DNA from: Candidatus Burarchaeum sp.
GTDB lineage: Archaea; Micrarchaeota; Micrarchaeia; Burarchaeales; Burarchaeaceae
Reading direction: 5' to 3'
Assembly (NCBI GenBank): GCA_030646255.1
Contig: JAUSNF010000021.1
Location: forward strand, 9,340 to 73,339
DNA length: 64,000 bases
Position numbers and translations under genes: made by a program. The notes beneath the pieces are model-generated. The model made no database searches. It was given only the letters and a program-made list of their open reading frames with translations, and was not told the origin of the DNA. How positions within the stretch are numbered: position 1 is the first letter of the stretch; each line of letters starts with the position of its first letter. Of the stretch, positions 58,889-64,000 are shown piece after piece.

Positions 58889-60106
58889 CTATTCCCCTAG
58901 CACTTCCTTTCTTTCCTCATAATAACTCTTCGACTTGCCGGGCCTGAACGCGCTCATCTTGCGCAGCTCCTCAACTTCCTTTCTGACCGCGGCCACCACA
59001 TACCTTGCCTCTTTCTCATTGTTGAACTTTGACAGCGAGAACCTGATGGAGCCATGCGCCTGCTCATGCTCCAGCCCGATTGCCTTGAGCACATGGCTCG
59101 GCTGCAGGGATTTGGAAGAACAGGCCGAGCCTGTTGATACGCAGATGCCCTTCACGCTCAGCCGCATCAGCAGCGCCTCGCCCTCTATGAAGTCGAATGT
59201 AATGTTCGCATTGTTGCACAGCCTCCTGCCCAAATTCTTCCCTACAGGCCCGTTCATTCTTGTGTTCGGTATTTTCAAGAGCTCCGCAACCAACGCATCC
59301 CGCAGGCGCGCCATGCGCGGCACTTCCTTCTTCATATCCCGCACTCCAATTTCAGCCGCCTTTGCAAAGCCCACAATGCCTGGCACATTCTCAGTGCCCG
59401 CCCTCAAATTCCCCTCCTGCGGCCCACCGTAAATCTGCTTGCCCAGCCGGATGCCCCGCCTTACGAAGAGCGCGCCAACGCCCTTGGGGCCATGAATCTT
59501 GTGCGCATTCAGCGTGAGCAGGTCAACATTCTGCCGCTTAACGTCAATCGGCACTTTCGTAAAGCTCTGGCATGCATCTGTGTGGAAGAGCACTCCCTTA
59601 GCCCTGCAAACCTTGCCAATTGCCCCAATATCCTGAATAGTGCCAATCTCGTGATTGGCATGAATCACGCTCACGAGCACAGTCTTGTCATCAATTGCCC
59701 TTGCCACCTGCTCAGCACTTACAAAGCCTTCCGAATCAACATCTAGGAATACAACTTCAAAGCCCTTCTCAGCCATGCGCTTGAACACATTGCCCACAGA
59801 CGCGTGCTCAATCTTCGTCGTAATTATTCTCTTGCCCTTCGCGCCCTCGCCAAGCGCCTCGCATGCACCCACAATCGCAAGATTATTGGCTTCAGTAGCG
59901 CATCCAGTGAAAATAATCTCCTCAGGCTCGGCATTAATGCACTTCGCAACCGTGCGCCTGCTGGCATCCAGAATCTCCTCTGCCTCAAGGCCCATATAGT
60001 GCAGGCTCGACGCATTGCCATACTTTTCAGTCATGTAGGGCAGCATAGCCTTGGCTACCTCTGGCAGAACCCTTGTCGTGGCCCCGTTGTCCATGTAAAC
60101 TTTCAT
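58889..60106 (-). CDS. iscS: Cysteine desulfurase
   Basis: YMDNGATT, AHKIHGPKG, STGSACSS. Confidence 0.96.
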   Translation of the reverse strand: MKVYMDNGATTRVLPEVAKAMLPYMTEKYGNASSLHYMGLEAEEILDASRRTVAKCINAEPEEIIFTGCATEANNLAIVGACEALGEGAKGKRIITTKIEHASVGNVFKRMAEKGFEVVFLDVDSEGFVSAEQVARAIDDKTVLVSVIHANHEIGTIQDIGAIGKVCRAKGVLFHTDACQSFTKVPIDVKRQNVDLLTLNAHKIHGPKGVGALFVRRGIRLGKQIYGGPQEGNLRAGTENVPGIVGFAKAAEIGVRDMKKEVPRMARLRDALVAELLKIPNTRMNGPVGKNLGRRLCNNANITFDFIEGEALLMRLSVKGICVSTGSACSSKSLQPSHVLKAIGLEHEQAHGSIRFSLSKFNNEKEARYVVAAVRKEVEELRKMSAFRPGKSKSYYEERKEVLGE

Positions 60107-60130
60107 TCCATCGCCCTCTGCATCAGCAGT

Positions 60131-60370
60131 TCAGCAAACCTCGACCAGGAACCCTTTCCTGCCTACGGGCATTAGCTTGGTCTTGTCCCCTTTCTTTATG
60201 CCCATGTGCCGCGCCAAATCCTCGGGTATGGTTATGATGAGCGACCTGCCCGCATAGCTGACCTTCCTCTCGAAAATCAGGTTCTTCTTCCGTATGTTCT
60301 CGAGCGAGAGGTTGCAATAGCCGCACATGCCCGCCTTTCCCGGTTCGTCATTCTTCGCTTTAGCACCCAT
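60131..60370 (-). CDS. AbrB/MazE-type DNA-binding protein with CxxC
   Basis: CGYC; RKVSYAGRSLIITIPEDLARHMGIKKGD; terminal Cys. Confidence 0.85.
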   Translation of the reverse strand: MGAKAKNDEPGKAGMCGYCNLSLENIRKKNLIFERKVSYAGRSLIITIPEDLARHMGIKKGDKTKLMPVGRKGFLVEVC

Positions 60371-60375
60371 ATCAA

Positions 60376-60394
60376 TCACTAATCTAATTAGTGA
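60376..60394 (-). promoter_or_regulatory. Perfect palindromic operator candidate
   Basis: TCACTAAT-CTA-ATTAGTGA between TATA-like box and start of the AbrB gene. Confidence 0.65.
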
Positions 60395-60555
60395 AAGATA
60401 AGAATTAAAAAGCTTTCTGCGTCCTGCCAGACAGATGCTAGAACGCCCTAGGCCTGTATCCGGATTTGGTCTAGCTACCGCATCAGAAACTAATTAAAAG
60501 ACATACTTCGTAGGATATTGGTTCTGCAAGACAATCAATTTGACTGGGTGAACAT

Positions 60556-62997
60556 ATCAAAGCACAATCGGCAATCGAGTACCTGACAATTTATGGCTGG
60601 GCATTCTTATTATTGGTCGTTATGCTCGCAGTATTGTTACAGTTGGGCGTTTTCAAAACAGCAAACTATGTCCAAACTGGAAACGAAGTCGTGGGGTTCA
60701 ACAGCTTCAACATCAACCGAGTTCTTGTGCGCTCATCAGGCGAATTCGAGGTCAGCCTCTCCAACCTGCTCGATGACAAGGTTACTATAACGGAAATCAC
60801 CGTGGACGGCTTGCCCCTAACAAACGTTTTGCCAGCGCTGCCCTTCAACCTTTCAGCGGGCTCGAACGTTACGATAACAGCAGACTCGCCAGTCACAGGC
60901 ACCGCAGGCGCGATTTACAATTCCAAGATAAGCATAAAATTCGACGTTGAGCGCGGCACCTCAGACCACTATGACGCGGGCTTCCTCAAGGGCGAGTTCC
61001 AGCCCGGCGGAATGGGAAAAAAGCAGTGTTCGAACGGGCTCGATGACGACAGCGATACGCTCACCGACTTCCCCGCAGACCCAGGCTGCTCCAATGGGAA
61101 TGATGGAAACGAGCGCAACCCGCTAATAGCGTGCGATGATGAGAAGGACAACGACAATGACGGGCTCAAGGACTATCCTGCAGACCCCGGCTGCTCGAGC
61201 CCCATAGACGGTGATGAGACTGATTCAGTGCTGGAAACAGCGTGCGAGGACGGCGTCAACAACGACAATGACGGCCTCATCGATTATCCTGCAGACCCCG
61301 GCTGCACGGGCGCCTCTGACACGAGCGAGCTCGGCATGGTGGAGTGCGACAATAATGTTGACGATGACACTGACGGCTACACCGACTATCCTGCAGACAC
61401 CGGATGCTCAAGCGCCTCTGACACAAGCGAGCTTGGCACGGTGGAGTGCAACGACGGCAACGACAATGATGCGGACGGCCTCATTGATTATCCTGCGGAC
61501 AGCGACTGCTCGAGCCCCGCCGATGACAGCGAAGCCTCGTCAGCATCCTGCGCTGACACCGACGGCGGCATCAACTACACTACGCTGGGCTCGGTGAGCG
61601 GCTACTACAACGGCATGCCTTACAGCTACACTGACTACTGTGCCGGCTCATACATTGCTGAACACTACTGCGACGGCACGGTGAACAAGACCTCGTGGTA
61701 TACTTGCAATAGCATGGGCACCGGCTACACATGTTCAAACGGCGTCTGCGTGCCTCCTGCGCCTCCGGCGAACTGCACGGACAGCGACGGTGCACTGCCC
61801 ATGGAGCCGTTTTACCCGATAGCATCACAAATAGGCACCGCGGGAACGTGCACTGATGCGAACGGAATTTTCACTGACATCAGCGTCAACTCAACAATCC
61901 TGAACGAGTTCTACTGCGGCCCGACGCAGAACCCGATTTCGTGCCTGAATACCACATGGTACAACTGCCTCTCGCACAACTACACCGGCTCTTCGGGCGG
62001 CAAGTGCATCTGGGAGAACGTGTCAAACAACAACAGCTGCAGTGATTCGGATGGCGGCTTGATATACAATGTCACCGGTGCAACTAGCGGCTACTACAAC
62101 AACACAGCTTACAATTACACCGACAGCTGTTACAATGCGACATGGGTGAATGAGCAGTTCTGCTCTGGGAGCCCATGGCAAGCTATCTGGTCGAACTCGA
62201 CTGTTTACGCATGCAGTAACATGGGCGCGAACTACACATGCTCTGCTGGGAAGTGCGTGTACAGCGCACCTCCGCCGCCCAACATGACAAACTGTACGGA
62301 TACAGACGCTTATCTGCAAGAGGCGCTGAAGTACCCGCTCCAGTCGCAGATAGGCGTGCAGGCGCAGTGCACTGACTACCGTGGCATATATTACGACACG
62401 AGCCAGGATTCCAATTGGACGAGCGAATACCATTGCTACCAATACAACAGCAGCGAAAACAGGTGCGGCTTGACCGTATACAACTGCCTGTCATGGAACT
62501 ACACTGGCTCATCGGGCGGCAAGTGCGTCTCGTCAAACAACAGCTGCAGCGACACTGATGGAGGGCAGATATACAATGTGACTGGAACTGTTAATGGAAC
62601 TTACAATGGCGCAAATTACAGCTACACCGATACCTGTTCATCCGGCACACTCCTGCAGGAAAATTACTGCTCGGGTACCACGAACCACTCGGAGATGTTC
62701 ACCTGCACCAATATGGGCGCGGGCTACACATGCTCGGGCGGCAAGTGCATTCCGCCCGCAGCAAACTGCACTGACACGGACAGCTACCTCCAAGTTGCCA
62801 GGAATTATCCGCTTTCCTCGCAGATAGGCGTGTATGCCAACTGCACGGACAGCGGCGGCGGAACCTATGATGACGCGACTATAAATGCGACAGCGTCTAG
62901 GGAGTTCTACTGCGTTTCCTTGACTTGTTACTACGCGGAATACAACTGCCTGTCATGGAACTACACCGGCTCATCGGGCGGCAAGTGCTACAAGTAG
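60556..62997 (+). CDS. Pilin-like surface protein with Cys/Asp-rich repeats; apparent ATC start
   Basis: (I)KA-QSAIEYLTIYGWA class III leader in frame upstream of 60613; DGLIDYPADPGC-type and C(T/S)D(S/T)DGG repeats. Confidence 0.85.
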   Translation: MKAQSAIEYLTIYGWAFLLLVVMLAVLLQLGVFKTANYVQTGNEVVGFNSFNINRVLVRSSGEFEVSLSNLLDDKVTITEITVDGLPLTNVLPALPFNLSAGSNVTITADSPVTGTAGAIYNSKISIKFDVERGTSDHYDAGFLKGEFQPGGMGKKQCSNGLDDDSDTLTDFPADPGCSNGNDGNERNPLIACDDEKDNDNDGLKDYPADPGCSSPIDGDETDSVLETACEDGVNNDNDGLIDYPADPGCTGASDTSELGMVECDNNVDDDTDGYTDYPADTGCSSASDTSELGTVECNDGNDNDADGLIDYPADSDCSSPADDSEASSASCADTDGGINYTTLGSVSGYYNGMPYSYTDYCAGSYIAEHYCDGTVNKTSWYTCNSMGTGYTCSNGVCVPPAPPANCTDSDGALPMEPFYPIASQIGTAGTCTDANGIFTDISVNSTILNEFYCGPTQNPISCLNTTWYNCLSHNYTGSSGGKCIWENVSNNNSCSDSDGGLIYNVTGATSGYYNNTAYNYTDSCYNATWVNEQFCSGSPWQAIWSNSTVYACSNMGANYTCSAGKCVYSAPPPPNMTNCTDTDAYLQEALKYPLQSQIGVQAQCTDYRGIYYDTSQDSNWTSEYHCYQYNSSENRCGLTVYNCLSWNYTGSSGGKCVSSNNSCSDTDGGQIYNVTGTVNGTYNGANYSYTDTCSSGTLLQENYCSGTTNHSEMFTCTNMGAGYTCSGGKCIPPAANCTDTDSYLQVARNYPLSSQIGVYANCTDSGGGTYDDATINATASREFYCVSLTCYYAEYNCLSWNYTGSSGGKCYK

Positions 62998-63072
62998 GCT
63001 GACTAACTGATTCTGCTTATCTAAACGCCCGGGCCGCACGGCTAGGGTCTGTCTAGATGCAGCGGCACGGGT

Positions 63073-63591
63073 TTACTCCCTGAACCGCTTCCTGTCTGCC
63101 CTTATCTGCGATCTGAGCGCGAAAGAGCCCCGGGGCGTCCGCCTAATTTTCGCATCCCCAATACTGCCAACCTTGTGGAACACAATTTTCCTTCCATAAA
63201 AAGAAAGCAGGCGGCCTATCTTTCCTGAGCGGAAGGTTCCCTTCCCGAGATTCCTCGCAATCCTCCCCCCAATATCCCGCTTCAGGCTGACTTTCTCGTT
63301 GACAATATGGATTTCCCCTGACGGCCTCCAGCTGATCCCAACAGCCTCTTCTGCCGTGGCGCAGCTGTAGTAGAACTTCCCGCTCGACAGGAATAAGGCT
63401 ATGGCAAGCGTCAGCACGCGGATGGGATCATCCATGAACCAGCCAGCCCGCTCCTCCTCGGAAGGGACGTAATATATGCCCTTGAAGGGCGTGGGGAATA
63501 TTTTGAGGGCCGCGCTCAGATTCGCAATCTCCGCAGGCGCAAGTCCCTCCTTCACAAGCTGCGCATGGCTAACTACTTGCCTTGGAAGCAT
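63073..63591 (-). CDS. Putative AbiEi-like partner protein
   Basis: KGIYYVP..DP..YYSCATA pattern; coupled to AbiEii gene. Confidence 0.55.
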   Translation of the reverse strand: MLPRQVVSHAQLVKEGLAPAEIANLSAALKIFPTPFKGIYYVPSEEERAGWFMDDPIRVLTLAIALFLSSGKFYYSCATAEEAVGISWRPSGEIHIVNEKVSLKRDIGGRIARNLGKGTFRSGKIGRLLSFYGRKIVFHKVGSIGDAKIRRTPRGSFALRSQIRADRKRFRE

Positions 63592-64000
63592 CTTCAACCA
63601 CCTTCGCGAAAAATTCATAGTCCTCTTCCTTCCAAACAGTCTTCCTCATTTCTTCCATTGTCTCGGGCAGCCCGTATTTCCGGATCAGGCGCCCTAGGCC
63701 GGACAAATCCCCCTTCCTCTTCATTATGAACACGCAGTCGAAAAGGTCCCTCGCCTCCTTCCTGTCCGCATACGCCTCGATTTTCATCCTCAATAGCTCG
63801 TCGAGTGCGGCCACCTTCAGCATTGAGTTTCCCAGCGCATGCTCATCATACCCGCCCACCTTGCGCTTCGGCTTGAATATCTCCACTTTTATCGACGCGT
63901 CCTCGAACTGGATTGCAAACTGGTTCTTGTACGCAGTTCTCTGCGTCCTGTAGCCTTTCTTGCTCAGGCAGCCCTTCAGCGCCTCCTTCGCCCTTGCCTC
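63569..64000 (-). CDS. AbiEii/AbiGii-family nucleotidyltransferase (5' end outside window)
   Basis: IKVEI..LDELLRMKIEAYADRKEARDLFD; frame open to 64000. Confidence 0.85.
   Translation of the reverse strand, partial: EARAKEALKGCLSKKGYRTQRTAYKNQFAIQFEDASIKVEIFKPKRKVGGYDEHALGNSMLKVAALDELLRMKIEAYADRKEARDLFDCVFIMKRKGDLSGLGRLIRKYGLPETMEEMRKTVWKEEDYEFFAKVVEDASKASS

Noticed and set aside
60435..63070. CTAG-rich look-alike sequences (AACGCCC..GTCTAG) on both sides of the adhesin gene as element ends
   Set aside because: Only short patchy identity; no target duplication or recombinase

Overview
Archaeal chromosomal window, GC-rich in housekeeping genes. Gene content (split rpoA/rpoB, TFB, Topo VI, exosome/proteasome superoperon, BHB-type tRNA introns, many class III signal-peptide proteins, CTDSDGG-type surface repeats) points to a DPANN lineage, probably Micrarchaeota; this is inference, not a database result. 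Core blocks: smc; rpoH-B''-B'-A'-A''-L30e-nusA-S12-S7-EF2; tfb plus tRNA-Ile with two introns; tRNA-Asn; top6B/A; rpl15e-rnp3-rnp2-psmA-sdo1-rrp4/41/42-L37Ae-rpoP-pcc1-pfdB; a pilin cluster; ald; an AbrB-iscS-iscU operon. The first ~6 kb is an accessory toxin-antitoxin island (DUF3800, HicAB, RelE-type pair, Fic) and holds the most unusual signals: a circularly permuted Pif1-family helicase (motifs V-VI before Walker A), a 176-nt highly structured IS200/IS605-like miniature element splitting a gene, two copies of an unannotated 23-aa basic micropeptide gene, and a 16-bp motif at fixed distance from TATA-like boxes. All calls are from reading the sequence and recalled family motifs; no searches were run.
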